Below are positions 11,826-22,905 of a DNA stretch of 64,000 nucleotides, piece after piece (the stretch's first letter is position 1; each line of letters starts with the position of its first letter). Below the pieces are notes generated by a model. It worked only from the letters and a program-made list of their open reading frames with translations, was not told the origin of the DNA and ran no database searches. The position numbers were made by a program, and so were the translations under genes. Source of the stretch: an uncultured delta proteobacterium (GTDB lineage: Bacteria > Desulfobacterota > Binatia > Binatales > Binataceae); NCBI GenBank assembly GCA_963724765.1, contig CAVRVY010000004.1, forward strand, positions 128,001-192,000. Reading direction: 5' to 3'.

Positions 11826-12359
11826 TCAATGGCCCATCTTCAGCAGATCGTCCTGAGCCCAGCCTTCTTTCAGCGGCACCATGAAGTACGGCGTCAGCGC
11901 CATCTTTTTGAACTTCCACTCGCCGTTGTGGCGTACGTACTCATCGTCGTAGCGCGCCGCGACCACGTAGCTCTCGCCCTTGTAGACCGGCTTGGCCTCC
12001 AGATACGAGAAGCCGGTCGCGTGGTCGCCGTGAACTTCGACCACGTGGTTGTGGATGAACTGGCGCACGCGCGAGAGCCGCGGCGGCTTGTTCTTGCCGG
12101 CACCGTCGGGCTTGACCAGCAGGCCGCCGAAGAAGCGGTTAATTTCGTCGCGTCCGTGGGCGTTGCCGAGGTGGCCGAAGAGCAGATCGCCATCCTCGGT
12201 GAAGAGACTCGCGATCTCGGTGAATTTCGCCTCGTTGATGTATTCGTGATAGCGGAAGCGGAGGTCGCGTATCGCCTCGAGGTCGACAAGTTCCCGCACC
12301 TTGGATTCGAGCGTGCTTACGCGGGCCTCCAAGTCGGCGGCCATGTGATCGGCGGCCAT
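11826..12359 (-). CDS. SnoaL-like/NTF2-fold protein
   Basis: DLEAIRDLRFRY...LFTEDG...YDDEYVRHNGEWKF. Confidence 0.8.
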   Translation of the reverse strand: MAADHMAADLEARVSTLESKVRELVDLEAIRDLRFRYHEYINEAKFTEIASLFTEDGDLLFGHLGNAHGRDEINRFFGGLLVKPDGAGKNKPPRLSRVRQFIHNHVVEVHGDHATGFSYLEAKPVYKGESYVVAARYDDEYVRHNGEWKFKKMALTPYFMVPLKEGWAQDDLLKMGH

Positions 12360-12638
12360 GTCAATCGTCCTCCCGGTAGTTTCGTTCAGGCTTGCTTCGA
12401 GGCTTGTCTAACACGGCTTGGCCCCTGCCACAAAACGGCCCGGCGGGGCCGATCGCATGTGGCTTCACACGGCGGGCGGCGGCTGATATTGATTCGGGGG
12501 TCGCGCGCGGACAAACCCGCCGCCGACTCACCGGCGGCCGGATTCGCGGCATGCCGGCTAAAGCTTTGCGCGCGCGGCGATAGCGGATATATAAGTCAGC
12601 CTCATGGAGGAGAGGGGCGTCGGCCCCTCCGGCAAAGT

Positions 12639-13580
12639 GTGATCAAGCGAAGAAAAATTGCTTTCATCGGCGCCGGCAACGTCGGCGCCACCTGTGCCCA
12701 CCTGTGCTTTTTGCGCGAGTTGGGCGATATTGCGCTCTTCGACATCATCGACGGCCTGCCCCAGGGCAAGGCACTCGACATGCTCGAGTCCGCTCCGGTG
12801 CTGGGCGTCGACGTGAACGTCAGCGGCTCGACCGACATGAAGATCATCGAGGGCGCCGACTGTTGCGTGGTAACCTCGGGATCGCCGCGCAAGCCCGGGA
12901 TGAGCCGCGACGATCTGCTGAAAATCAACGCCGGGGTCATGAACCAGGTCGGCGGCGCGATCAAGCAGCATGCGCCCGACGCGTTCGTGATCGTGGTGAC
13001 CAACCCGCTCGACGCGATGGTGACGCAGATCAAGCGCGTCACCGGCTTTCCCAAGCATCGCGTCGCCGGGCAGGCCGGCGTGCTCGACTCGGCGCGCTAC
13101 CGCACCTTCCTTGCGACCGAGCTCAAGGTGTCGGTCGAGAGCGTCTCGGCGATGGTGCTCGGCGGGCATGGCGACGACATGGTGCCCGTGCGCAGCTACA
13201 CCAGCGTGGGCGGCGTGCCGATCGAGCGCATGATCGCGCCGGGGCGGCTCGACGAGATCGAAAAACGCACGCGCAACGGCGGCGGCGAGATCGTCGAACT
13301 GATGAAGACGTCGTCGTACTACGCCGCGGGCGCGGCGGTCTACCGGATGGTCGAGGCCTACATCCTCGACCGCAAGGAAGTGCTGCCGTGCGCGGTTTAC
13401 CTCGAGGGCGAATATGGCGTGCGCGGGCTGTACGCCGGCGTACCGGCGGTGATCGGGGCGGGCGGCGTCGAGCGGGTGATTGAAATCCAGCTCACGGCGG
13501 CCGAGAAGACCGCTTTCGACAGCTCCGTTTCGCACGTGCGCGAACTGGTCGAAGCGATGGACAAAGCGGTAGCCGGCTAG
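12639..13580 (+). CDS. mdh: Malate dehydrogenase (LDH-like)
   Basis: IGAGNVG, PRKPGMSRDDLL, VTNPLD, GVLDSAR, GGHGDDMVP; GTG start inferred. Confidence 0.95.
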   Translation: MIKRRKIAFIGAGNVGATCAHLCFLRELGDIALFDIIDGLPQGKALDMLESAPVLGVDVNVSGSTDMKIIEGADCCVVTSGSPRKPGMSRDDLLKINAGVMNQVGGAIKQHAPDAFVIVVTNPLDAMVTQIKRVTGFPKHRVAGQAGVLDSARYRTFLATELKVSVESVSAMVLGGHGDDMVPVRSYTSVGGVPIERMIAPGRLDEIEKRTRNGGGEIVELMKTSSYYAAGAAVYRMVEAYILDRKEVLPCAVYLEGEYGVRGLYAGVPAVIGAGGVERVIEIQLTAAEKTAFDSSVSHVRELVEAMDKAVAG

Positions 13581-13641
13581 GGCGCCGATCGCCGGTATCT
13601 GGCGAATCGCCGCCCCGCGCCAAACGTAGGGTTAGTGAAAC

Positions 13642-14805
13642 ATGAACATCCACGAGTTCCAGGCCAAACAGTTGCTCGGCCGTTTCGGCGTACCGGTGCC
13701 CAAGGGGCAAGCGGCCTCCACGCCAGACGAGGCGGCCGCTGCATTCACCGCGCTTGGCCAGCCCAAGGCCGTTATCAAGGCGCAGATCCATGCCGGCGGG
13801 CGCGGCAAAGCCGGCGGCGTCAAGTTGATAAGCTCGGCCGGGGAGGCGCGCGAATTCGCCGCCCGGCTGCTCGGCAAGACGCTGGTGACGCATCAGACGG
13901 GCCCCGAGGGGCGCGTGGTACGCCGGGTTTACGTCGAAGAGGCGAGCCAGGTCGCGCGCGAGCTCTACCTGGGCATGGTGGTCGATCGCAAGGCCGCGGC
14001 GGTCGCAGTGATCGCGAGCACCGAGGGCGGCACGGAGATCGAAGAGGTCTCGGCCAAGACGCCCGAGAAGATAATCACTGACCCGGTCGACCCGTTGCTG
14101 GGGATGGCGCCGTTCCAGGCGCGCCGGATCGCGTTTGCGCTGGGACTCAAGGACAAGCAGGTGGGCCAGTTCGCGGCGCTGCTCGGCGCGCTCTACCGCG
14201 CGTTTGTCGAAACCGACGCCTCGCTGGTCGAGATCAACCCGCTGGTGGTGACGGCCGACGGCCGCGTGATTTGCCTGGACGCCAAAATTTCGTTCGACGA
14301 CAACGGACTGTTCCGCCATCCCGACATCCGCGAGCTGCGCGACTCCAACGAAGAGGACCCGGCCGAGACCGAGGCTGCCAAGTACGATCTGAGCTACGTG
14401 CATCTCGACGGCAATATCGGATGCATGGTCAACGGCGCGGGCCTCGCGATGGCGACGATGGATATCGTGAAATACTACGGCGCCGAGCCGGCCAACTTTC
14501 TCGACGTGGGCGGCGGCGCCAATGCCAAGAAGATTGCGGCCGCGTTTCGCATCCTGCTCTCCGACTCGCGCGTCAAGGCGGTGCTGATCAACGTCTTCGG
14601 CGGCATCATGCAATGCGACGTGCTGGCGCGCGGCGTGGTCGACGCGGCGCGCGAGGTCAAGCTCAGCATCCCGCTGGTGGTCCGCATGGAAGGGACCAAC
14701 GTCAAAGAGGGCAAGCAGATCCTGGCCGAGTCGGGCATCAAGGTGATCGCCGCCAACAACATGGCCGACGCGGCACGCCGCGTGGTCGAGTCGATCGGCA
14801 AATAG
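13642..14805 (+). CDS. sucC: Succinyl-CoA synthetase beta subunit
   Basis: [39 protein letters not shown]. Confidence 0.97.
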   Translation: MNIHEFQAKQLLGRFGVPVPKGQAASTPDEAAAAFTALGQPKAVIKAQIHAGGRGKAGGVKLISSAGEAREFAARLLGKTLVTHQTGPEGRVVRRVYVEEASQVARELYLGMVVDRKAAAVAVIASTEGGTEIEEVSAKTPEKIITDPVDPLLGMAPFQARRIAFALGLKDKQVGQFAALLGALYRAFVETDASLVEINPLVVTADGRVICLDAKISFDDNGLFRHPDIRELRDSNEEDPAETEAAKYDLSYVHLDGNIGCMVNGAGLAMATMDIVKYYGAEPANFLDVGGGANAKKIAAAFRILLSDSRVKAVLINVFGGIMQCDVLARGVVDAAREVKLSIPLVVRMEGTNVKEGKQILAESGIKVIAANNMADAARRVVESIGK

Positions 14806-14815
14806 GACAGATTCG

Positions 14816-15697
14816 ATGAGCATCCTGGTAAACAAAAACACCCGCGTCCTCACCCAGGGCATCACCGGCGCCACCGGTCAGTTCCACACCCGCGCCTGCC
14901 GCGATTACGGCACACAGATGGTAGGCGGCGTGGTGCCAGGCAAGGGCGGCACCGACTTCGAGGGCATCCCGATTTTCGACACCGTCGAGCAAGCGCGCAA
15001 AGCGACCGGCGCCAACGCGACCGTGATTTATGTTCCGCCGCCGTTTGCCGCCGACGCGATTCTCGAAGCGGTGGCCGCCGGAGTCGAACTCGTCATCTGC
15101 ATCACCGAGGGTATTCCGGTGCTCGACATGGTAAAGGTCAAGCACTATTTGAGGGACAGCAAGTCGCGATTGATCGGCCCCAACTGTCCCGGCGTGATCA
15201 CCCCCGGCGAGTGCAAAATTGGCATCATGCCAGGCTACATCCACAAGCCCGGGCGGGTCGGCGTGATCTCGCGCTCCGGCACGCTGACCTATGAGGCGGT
15301 GCATCAGCTCACCCAACTCGGCATCGGGCAATCGACCTGCGTCGGAATCGGCGGCGACCCGATAATCGGCACCAACCAGATCGACGCGCTGGAACTGTTC
15401 AACAAGGACCCGGGCACCGACGCGGTGATCTTCATCGGCGAGATCGGCGGCACCGCCGAGGAAGAGGCGGCGGCCTACATAAAGCAGAACTTCAAGAAGC
15501 CCGTGGTGGCGTTCATTGCCGGACAGACCGCGCCCAAGGGACGCCGGATGGGCCACGCGGGAGCGATCATCTCGGGCGGACACGGCGGAGCGGCCGACAA
15601 GATCGCAGCGCTCAAGGCCGCCGGCATCGGCGTCGCGATGAGCCCGGCCGATCTCGGCTCGACCATGAAGGCCGCGCTCGACGGCCACAAGAATTGA
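14816..15697 (+). CDS. sucD: Succinyl-CoA synthetase alpha subunit
   Basis: [24 protein letters not shown]. Confidence 0.97.
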   Translation: MSILVNKNTRVLTQGITGATGQFHTRACRDYGTQMVGGVVPGKGGTDFEGIPIFDTVEQARKATGANATVIYVPPPFAADAILEAVAAGVELVICITEGIPVLDMVKVKHYLRDSKSRLIGPNCPGVITPGECKIGIMPGYIHKPGRVGVISRSGTLTYEAVHQLTQLGIGQSTCVGIGGDPIIGTNQIDALELFNKDPGTDAVIFIGEIGGTAEEEAAAYIKQNFKKPVVAFIAGQTAPKGRRMGHAGAIISGGHGGAADKIAALKAAGIGVAMSPADLGSTMKAALDGHKN

Positions 15698-15741
15698 AGG
15701 CGGCGCTGGAAGCCCGGCGCAATCAGGACGGCAAGTAGCGG

Positions 15742-16161
15742 ATGGCGATCGAACGGACATTGGCAATCATCAAGCCCGACGCGGTGGGGCGCGGGCTTTC
15801 CGGCGACATCATCAAACGCATCGAGGGCGCGGGACTGCAGCTTTGCGCGATGCGCCTGATGCGCCTGGGACCCGCGCAGGCCGAAGCGTTCTACGAAGTG
15901 CACAAGGCACGGCCGTTTTATGGCTCGCTCTGCGAATACATGTCGTCGGGGCCAGTGGTGGTGATGGCGTTGGAGGCCGACGGCGCGATCGCGAAGTGGC
16001 GCGACCTGATGGGCGCGACGGATCCGGCCAAGGCGGCCGCCGGCACGATTCGCAAGGACTTCGGCATGGACGTCGAAAAGAACGCGACCCACGGCTCCGA
16101 CGCACCCGAGACCGCTGCGCGCGAAGTGGCGTTCTTCTTCAGCAGCCTCGACATCGTATAG
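15742..16161 (+). CDS. ndk: Nucleoside diphosphate kinase
   Basis: ERTLAIIKPD, NATHGSD. Confidence 0.97.
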   Translation: MAIERTLAIIKPDAVGRGLSGDIIKRIEGAGLQLCAMRLMRLGPAQAEAFYEVHKARPFYGSLCEYMSSGPVVVMALEADGAIAKWRDLMGATDPAKAAAGTIRKDFGMDVEKNATHGSDAPETAAREVAFFFSSLDIV

Positions 16162-16406
16162 GTTTCACAAACGCTATCTTGGAGGAACACCGACTGTGGC
16201 AGAGCCGCCTCGAGTGGCGTGAGGGTTCTTTATCCCAGGCATGGCTTGTGCCGCACCATTGCAAGCGCCGCCGGTAGTCGCCCCTTCTTCTAATTGCATG
16301 CGCGCTGCGAACAGGCGCTTGATTCGTTTTCGGACGGCAGCTCGATAGTTGTAACTACATTTCGTACGAAATAAACTTCTCTAGGCGCGCCTTGGTGCTC
16401 TGAGTC

Positions 16407-17525
16407 ATGGCTAGTCCAGCTGCAACACTGCCACATGTCGCTCCAGTCGCCAGCCGAGCCCAGAGCGAATCGGCGCGGTTCTATTTACCGGAATTGGACA
16501 GTCTGAGGTTTCTGGCATTTCTTGCGGTATTTTCCTTTCATACTTGCGAAATTTTAGGAGCGCCGTTTGCGCGAATCTGGTTCGCGGGCCGCTTTGGGGT
16601 GGATCTTTTTTTCACTCTGAGCGCCTATTTGATCACTGAGCTGCTCATGCGCGAGAAGGAGCGGTTCCACCAAATCGATATTAAATCGTTTTACGTTCGC
16701 CGCATCCTCAGAATTTGGCCTTTGTATTTCACCTTTCTCGCCATTGCCTTTGTTTATTTCCTAACGCACCCGGCCTACGGAGTCCACTTAATATATTTTG
16801 CGACCTTTGCGGCCTTTGTAGGCAATCTCGCATGTGCGTGGTGGGGCGCTCCAATCCTCGTGATAACAGTACTTTGGAGCGTGTCAATCGAGGAACAATT
16901 CTACCTGGCCTGGCCATTGCTGGCAGCCCGGCTTTCCCGCCGTGGAGTGGCTATTGCAGGCGTGATATTATTGATATTCTGTGCGGCTGTCCGATGGGAG
17001 CTCACACGTCGTTCCCTTGCGTTTCACGTCATTGAGTACAGTACCTTCACGCGGCTCGATCCGATCGCAGGCGGCTTGCTGATGTCGGCGATTCTCGGCG
17101 GTTCCATTCCCTTGTGGCTTGCGCGTTGGCGCATTCCGCTGTGCGCGAGCGGGATCTATCTGTGGCTGGTTGCCTCGCTGTGCCTGTCCGGTGTCCCGAG
17201 CGCGACGAATGTCATGCTCGCCTATCCCGCGGTAGCGGTGGGGGCCAGCGCATTCATGCTCTCCGCACTAGGAGCGATTACGTGGATGCGAAATCCTTGG
17301 CTCATTTATCTGGGACGAATCTCATATGGCCTGTACGTTTACCACGCGGCCGCGCTTTTCCTGATCGTACCGATCTTGACGCCGCAGAGATGGCTGTTAT
17401 GTATCGTCGTCAGCTTGGCTGCCACAATTGTCGTAGCGGCGGCATCCTATCGCTGGCTCGAGAGTCCTTTTCTGCGGCTCAAGACGCGGTATCAACACGT
17501 CCGCTCGGCAGCGCCAGTAGTCTAA
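16407..17525 (+). CDS. Acyltransferase-3 (OafA-like) membrane O-acyltransferase
   Basis: LDSLRFLA, GVDLFFTLS, FYVRRILRIWP, WSVSIEEQFY, GRISYGLYVYH; visibly lower GC. Confidence 0.88.
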   Translation: MASPAATLPHVAPVASRAQSESARFYLPELDSLRFLAFLAVFSFHTCEILGAPFARIWFAGRFGVDLFFTLSAYLITELLMREKERFHQIDIKSFYVRRILRIWPLYFTFLAIAFVYFLTHPAYGVHLIYFATFAAFVGNLACAWWGAPILVITVLWSVSIEEQFYLAWPLLAARLSRRGVAIAGVILLIFCAAVRWELTRRSLAFHVIEYSTFTRLDPIAGGLLMSAILGGSIPLWLARWRIPLCASGIYLWLVASLCLSGVPSATNVMLAYPAVAVGASAFMLSALGAITWMRNPWLIYLGRISYGLYVYHAAALFLIVPILTPQRWLLCIVVSLAATIVVAAASYRWLESPFLRLKTRYQHVRSAAPVV

Positions 17526-17613
17526 ACCTGGCGCGGCGCCCCGAGCGGAGAGATTCCATCGCACATCCGAGTTACCGCCCTCTCCGAACCAAGCAGATTT
17601 TCGTTTAGACTTG

Positions 17614-18711
17614 ATGGCCGTGAGCGAGCAGATGCATCCCCAGCCACAATTCGCCGAGGCCACGCCGGCCGAGGCGCCGATTCGCGACGTGCGCGAGTTG
17701 ATGCTCGATGAGCTGGAGCAGTTCGTGTTCGCGGCCGGCGAGCGCGCTTTTCGCGCGCGCCAGGTGATGGAGTGGCTGTGGCAGCGCGGCGCGGATTCTT
17801 TCGATGCGATGTCAGACCTCGGCGCGGAGTTTCGCGCATACTTAAACAATCACTTTAGGATTAGTCCAACCCCTGCCGCCAGCGTGGCGAAATCGTCGGA
17901 CGGTACGCGCAAGCTGCTGCTCGCGCTCGGCGATGGCGAGGCGATTGAAAGCGTAATCATCCCGGCCGGCGAGCGGGTCACGCTGTGTCTGTCGAGCCAG
18001 GCCGGGTGCGCGATGGCGTGCGAGTTCTGCGCCACCGCGCTGATGGGGCTCCATCGTAATCTGACCGCCGCCGAAATTATCGGCCAGTTAGCCGCTGCGC
18101 GGCGCGAGCTCGAGCCCGGCGAGCAATTGACCGACTACGTTTTCATGGGGATGGGCGAGCCGCTGGCCAATTATCCTCGTCTCGCGCGCGCTCTCTCGAT
18201 CATGACCTCGGCGTGGGGGATGGGGATTTCGCCGCGGCGCGTGACCGTCTCGACCGTGGGTTTGGTGCCGGCGATGGAGCGGCTGCTGGCGGAGTTTCCG
18301 TCGGTCAACCTGGCGGTCTCGCTCCATGCGACGACGGATGAACTGCGTGACCGCCTCGCGCCGATCAACCGGCGCTATCCACTCAAGCGGCTTATCGAGG
18401 CGTGCCGCGCCCTGCCGATCAAACGGCGCGACCGCGTCACTTTCGAGTACGTGATGCTGGCCGGCGTCAACGACTCGCCCGCCGACGCGCGTCGGGTGGT
18501 GCGATTGCTGGGCCAGCTCAAGGCCAAGGTGAACCTGATCATCTTCAATCCGTTTCCGGGCGCGCCGTTCGCACCGTCCGCGCGCGCCGCGGTCGAGGGC
18601 TTTCAAGCGATCCTTCGGCAGGGTAACTTGACCGCTACAATTCGCGAGAGCCGGGGGCATGATATCGCGGCCGCCTGCGGACAGTTGTACGCGGAGCGGC
18701 AGTCCGGCTGA
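17614..18711 (+). CDS. rlmN: 23S rRNA m2A2503 radical-SAM methyltransferase
   Basis: CLSSQAGCAMACEFCATA, MGMGEP, DIAAACGQL. Confidence 0.95.
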   Translation: MAVSEQMHPQPQFAEATPAEAPIRDVRELMLDELEQFVFAAGERAFRARQVMEWLWQRGADSFDAMSDLGAEFRAYLNNHFRISPTPAASVAKSSDGTRKLLLALGDGEAIESVIIPAGERVTLCLSSQAGCAMACEFCATALMGLHRNLTAAEIIGQLAAARRELEPGEQLTDYVFMGMGEPLANYPRLARALSIMTSAWGMGISPRRVTVSTVGLVPAMERLLAEFPSVNLAVSLHATTDELRDRLAPINRRYPLKRLIEACRALPIKRRDRVTFEYVMLAGVNDSPADARRVVRLLGQLKAKVNLIIFNPFPGAPFAPSARAAVEGFQAILRQGNLTATIRESRGHDIAAACGQLYAERQSG

Positions 18712-18730
18712 AGGAGCAGGGGCGCGAGCA

Positions 18731-19597
18731 ATGGGCAAGACCGTGCTGGGTGTGATCGGCGGGAGCGGCTTCTACCAGATGAAGGGGCTCACCGCGGTCG
18801 AGCAGATCGAGCTCACGACGCCGTTCGGCCGCCCCTCTGATCCATTCTTTCGCGGCAAGCTCGGCGAGTGCGACGTAGTCTTCCTCTCACGCCACGGCCG
18901 CGGCCATCGACTGATGCCCTCCGAGTTGAATTTCCGCGCCAACATATACGGCATGAAACAGCTCGGCGTCGATCACCTGGTCTCGGTCAGCACCGCCGGG
19001 AGCATGAAAGAGGAACTGCGGCCGGGCGACCTGGTAGTGCCCGATCAGTTCATCGACCATACCTTCAAGCGGCCGGCGACCTTTTTCGGCAACGGGATCG
19101 TCGCCCACGTCTCGCTCGCCGACCCGGTATGCGCGACGCTCGCGCGTGAGCTTGGCGAGTCGGCCGGCGAAGGCGGCACGACGGTCCATCGCGGCGGCGT
19201 GTATCTATGCATCGAGGGGCCGCAGTTTTCCACCCGCGCCGAGTCTAATCTTTACCGCCGCTGGGGGGCCGACGTGATCAGCATGACGGCGATGCAGGAG
19301 GCGCGGCTCGCGCGCGAGGCCGAGATGTGTTACGCGGCGCTGGTGCTGGTAACCGACTACGATTGCTGGCACCAAAGCGTCGCGGCGGTCGATATAAGCG
19401 AAATCCTGCGTGTGATGCGGCTCAATGTCGAGCATGCGCAGAAGGCCGTGGCAATCCTGGCGCGGCGGATCGCGTCGCGCGCGCGCGATTGTCCCTGCCC
19501 GAATGCGCTGCGCGACGCGATCATCACTGACCGTGCGGTGATTTCGCCCAAGGTGGCCGCCGATCTGCGGCCGGTAATCGGCAAATATTTGCAGTGA
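18731..19597 (+). CDS. mtnP: S-methyl-5'-thioadenosine phosphorylase
   Basis: IGGSG, RHGRGH, EGPQFSTRAES, TDYDCW. Confidence 0.92.
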   Translation: MGKTVLGVIGGSGFYQMKGLTAVEQIELTTPFGRPSDPFFRGKLGECDVVFLSRHGRGHRLMPSELNFRANIYGMKQLGVDHLVSVSTAGSMKEELRPGDLVVPDQFIDHTFKRPATFFGNGIVAHVSLADPVCATLARELGESAGEGGTTVHRGGVYLCIEGPQFSTRAESNLYRRWGADVISMTAMQEARLAREAEMCYAALVLVTDYDCWHQSVAAVDISEILRVMRLNVEHAQKAVAILARRIASRARDCPCPNALRDAIITDRAVISPKVAADLRPVIGKYLQ

Positions 19598-19685
19598 AAC
19601 AGTGGCAGGGAAGCAGTGAAGCACGATCGTACTTGGTCGGCAAAACGAGGAGCGCGATGAGACAGGTTCCGGCGGATTTTATCGA

Positions 19686-20609
19686 ATGAGTATCGTGGTA
19701 GTCGGTTCGGTCGCCTACGACACGATCGAGACCCAACACAGCAGAGCCGATGAGGTGCTGGGTGGCTCGACCAGTTATTTTGCACTGGCGGCGCGCTTTT
19801 TTTCGCCGGTCAGCATCGTCGGCGCGGTCGGCACTGACTTTCGCGCCGAGGATCTGCGCCTGTTCACGGAACGCAATATCGACGTGCGCGGCCTGGAGCG
19901 GCGTGACGGCCTCACGATGCGCTGGCATGGGCGCTATCACGAGGATATGAACAAGCGCGACACGCTCGGACTGGCGCTCAACGTGTTCTCGGATTTCGCT
20001 CCCGACCTGCTGCCCGACCAGCGCCGCGCCGACTATGTCTTTTTGGGCAACATCGCACCCGAGCTGCAAAGCCGCGTGCTCTCGCAGGTGCAGAGCCCCA
20101 AGGTAGTCGCCGCCGACACCATGAACCACTGGATCGAGACCGAACGCCCGGCGCTGATGCGCCTGCTCGCGGGCGTCAATATCCTGACCCTGAACGACGA
20201 CGAGGCGCGGATGCTGAGCGGCGAACACAACCTGGTCCGCGCCGGCCGCGCGATCCTTAAGATGGGGCCGGACACGGTGCTGGTGAAGCGCGGTGAGTAT
20301 GGCGTGTTGCAATTCAGCTCGGGTGCGATGTTCGCGGTGCCGGCCTATCCGCTGGAAGAGGTGATCGACCCCAGCGGGGCGGGTGACACTTTCGCCGGCG
20401 GCTTCATGGGATTCCTCGCGCGCCATGGCCGCATGAGCGAACCGATCCTGCGCACGGCCGTGGTCTATGGCAGCGTCTTGGCGTCGTTCGTGGTCGAGCG
20501 CTTTTCGCTGGACCGGCTGGTGACGCTGACCTGGGAGGAAATCGACCAGCGCTACCGCGCCTTCATCGAGCTCACCGACTCGCAGTACACGCGATGGAAC
20601 TCTCGATAG
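19686..20609 (+). CDS. PfkB-family sugar/nucleoside kinase
   Basis: VGSVAYD, LGGS, DPSGAGDTFAGG. Confidence 0.88.
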   Translation: MSIVVVGSVAYDTIETQHSRADEVLGGSTSYFALAARFFSPVSIVGAVGTDFRAEDLRLFTERNIDVRGLERRDGLTMRWHGRYHEDMNKRDTLGLALNVFSDFAPDLLPDQRRADYVFLGNIAPELQSRVLSQVQSPKVVAADTMNHWIETERPALMRLLAGVNILTLNDDEARMLSGEHNLVRAGRAILKMGPDTVLVKRGEYGVLQFSSGAMFAVPAYPLEEVIDPSGAGDTFAGGFMGFLARHGRMSEPILRTAVVYGSVLASFVVERFSLDRLVTLTWEEIDQRYRAFIELTDSQYTRWNSR

Positions 20610-21532
20610 TTGTTCCGCTCTACAACGAGCGGGATAACCTGGCTCCGTTGCACGAGGAACTCGCGCGCGTGCTCGGCGCCACAGCCGCTTCGTACGAGAT
20701 GCTGTTCGTCGACGACGGCTCGACCGACGGCAGCGCCGACGTGCTGCGCACGATCAAGGCTGGGGACGCGCGCGTCCGCGTTTTTCGGCTCGCGCGCAAC
20801 TCAGGACAGACCGCGGCGCTCGCCTGCGGCCTGCATCAGGCGACCGGCGACGTGGTGGTCGCAATCGACGGCGACGGCGAGAATGATCCGGCCGACATCC
20901 CGCGCATGGTGGCCAAACTCGCCGAAGGCTATGACCTGGTGAGCGGATGGCGCACGCAGCGATGGGCGGGCGCGCGCCTTAGCCGCCGCCTGCCGTCGGT
21001 CGCCGCCAACCGGTTGATCTCGTGGATGACCGGGGTGCGGCTGCACGACTACGGCTGCACGCTTAAGGCCTACCGGCGCGACCTCGCGCAGCGCCTGATG
21101 CTCTACGGCGAGATGCATCGCTTCGTCCCCGCGATAGCGGCCGAACAAGGCGCGCGTATCGCCGAGGTCGAGGTGAGTTTCCGTCCGCGCCGCACCGGCC
21201 AATCGAAGTACGGTCCCGGACGCATAGTGCGCACTTTTCTGGATCTTTTGACGGTCAAATTCCTTTCGGGTTACTCGACGCGGCCTATTCAGGTCTTCGG
21301 GGCGATAGGGCTGGTCGTGGGTCTGATCGGAGCGATGTGGACGGCTATACTGGTGTTCGAGAAGATCGTGCTGGGACGAACGCTCCACGATCGGCCCGCG
21401 CTGTTGCTGGCGATTCTGCTGGTGATCGTCGGCGTCCAGTTCATCAGTATCGGGCTTTTGGGCGAGATGCTGACGCGCACCTACCACGAATCGCAGGACA
21501 AGCCGGTCTACGTGATCAAAGAACAATTCTGA
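20594..21532 (+). CDS. Glycosyltransferase family 2 (ArnC/DPM-like) with two C-terminal TM helices
   Basis: VVPLYNE, VDDGSTD, DGDGENDP, HDYGCTLKAYRR. Confidence 0.9.
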   Translation: MELSIVVPLYNERDNLAPLHEELARVLGATAASYEMLFVDDGSTDGSADVLRTIKAGDARVRVFRLARNSGQTAALACGLHQATGDVVVAIDGDGENDPADIPRMVAKLAEGYDLVSGWRTQRWAGARLSRRLPSVAANRLISWMTGVRLHDYGCTLKAYRRDLAQRLMLYGEMHRFVPAIAAEQGARIAEVEVSFRPRRTGQSKYGPGRIVRTFLDLLTVKFLSGYSTRPIQVFGAIGLVVGLIGAMWTAILVFEKIVLGRTLHDRPALLLAILLVIVGVQFISIGLLGEMLTRTYHESQDKPVYVIKEQF

Positions 21533-21573
21533 GTTCGGGGAACGACTACTCAGTCCGAGGTTTTGGAAAACAG

Positions 21574-22881
21574 ATGAATATCGCAGTCGTGGGCACGGGT
21601 TACGTGGGGCTGGTCAGCGGAACCTGCTTTGCTGAGAGCGGCAACGAGGTCGTCTGCGTGGATATCGACGCCGCGCGAATCGAGCAGCTCAAGACCGGGC
21701 AAGTGCCGATCTATGAGCCTGGACTCGAAGAGCTGGTGCGGCGCAATATCAAGGAAGGCCGGCTTAGTTTCACCACCGAGATCAAGGACGCGGTCGGCGC
21801 CGCGATGGTGTCGTTCATCGCGGTCGGCACGCCGATGAGCAAGAACGGGGCAGCCGACTTAAGCGGCGTGTTACGCGCCGCCGAGGAGGTCGCAAAGGCG
21901 GTCGCCGGATACCATATCATCGCGATCAAAAGCACTGTGCCGGTCGGCACCAATGATCGCGTCCGCGAAATCGTGACCAAGGCCGTGACCCATCGCATCG
22001 ACGTATGCTCGTGTCCCGAGTTCCTCAAAGAGGGCTCGGCGATCGAGGACTTCATGCGGCCCGATCGGGTGGTAATCGGCTCGGCCAGCGAGCAGGCGAC
22101 CGCAATCCTGCGCGAACTGCACGCCGCCTTCCTGCGCACCGACAACCCGGTGATCGTGATGGACCCGCGCTCGGCCGAGCTGACCAAGTACGCCTCCAAC
22201 GCGATGCTGGCGATGCGCATTTCGTTCATCAACGAGATGGCGAATCTGTGCGAGGCGGTGGGCGCGGAGATAAGCGACGTGCGGCGCGGGATGGGCTCAG
22301 ACCGGCGAATCGGCTCGCAGTTTCTTTTTCCCGGCGCCGGCTACGGCGGCTCGTGCTTTCCCAAGGACGTGCAGGCCCTGGTCCACAGCGCCGCCGAGCA
22401 TAGCCTCGACTTCGCGCTGTTGCGCGCGACCGACGAGGTCAACATCCGCCAGAAACGGCTTGTCGCCGAGCGCGTCAAGCAGCATTACGGCCCCGACCTT
22501 CACGGCCGCAGCTTCGCGGTGTGGGGATTGGCCTTCAAGCCGCGCACCGACGACATGCGCGAGGCGCCGTCGCTCATAGTGATCGAGGAGTTGCTGGCGG
22601 CGGGCGCCAGCGTGCGCGCCCACGATCCCGAGGCGCTCGCCAGCGCGCGCCGCATCTTCGGCGACCGTATAAGTTATCACGAGAACAACTACGAGACGCT
22701 GGCCGCAGCCGACGCGCTAATCATCCTCACCGAGTGGCCTGAGTTCCGCCATCCCAACTTCCAGCGCATCCGCACGATGCTCAAGTCGCCGGTTATCTTC
22801 GACGGACGTAATCTCTACGACCCGGCTCTGATGAAAGCGCTGGAGTTTCGCTACTATTCGATCGGCCGTCGGCCGATCTAG
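21574..22881 (+). CDS. ugd: UDP-glucose 6-dehydrogenase
   Basis: GTGYVGL, PEFLKEG, GYGGSCFPKD, AFKPRTDDMRE. Confidence 0.92.
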   Translation: MNIAVVGTGYVGLVSGTCFAESGNEVVCVDIDAARIEQLKTGQVPIYEPGLEELVRRNIKEGRLSFTTEIKDAVGAAMVSFIAVGTPMSKNGAADLSGVLRAAEEVAKAVAGYHIIAIKSTVPVGTNDRVREIVTKAVTHRIDVCSCPEFLKEGSAIEDFMRPDRVVIGSASEQATAILRELHAAFLRTDNPVIVMDPRSAELTKYASNAMLAMRISFINEMANLCEAVGAEISDVRRGMGSDRRIGSQFLFPGAGYGGSCFPKDVQALVHSAAEHSLDFALLRATDEVNIRQKRLVAERVKQHYGPDLHGRSFAVWGLAFKPRTDDMREAPSLIVIEELLAAGASVRAHDPEALASARRIFGDRISYHENNYETLAAADALIILTEWPEFRHPNFQRIRTMLKSPVIFDGRNLYDPALMKALEFRYYSIGRRPI

Positions 22882-22905
22882 CCCGCACGGAAGAGGGAAT
22901 CGCGG

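Noticed and set aside
11829-12638. Apparent 270-aa N-terminal extension of Mdh
   Set aside because: It is the antisense shadow of the SnoaL gene; Mdh homology starts at ~12639
16310-16322. AACAGGCGCTTGA identical to part of dif-like site A
   Set aside because: No XerD arm follows; a 13-mer match is plausibly chance
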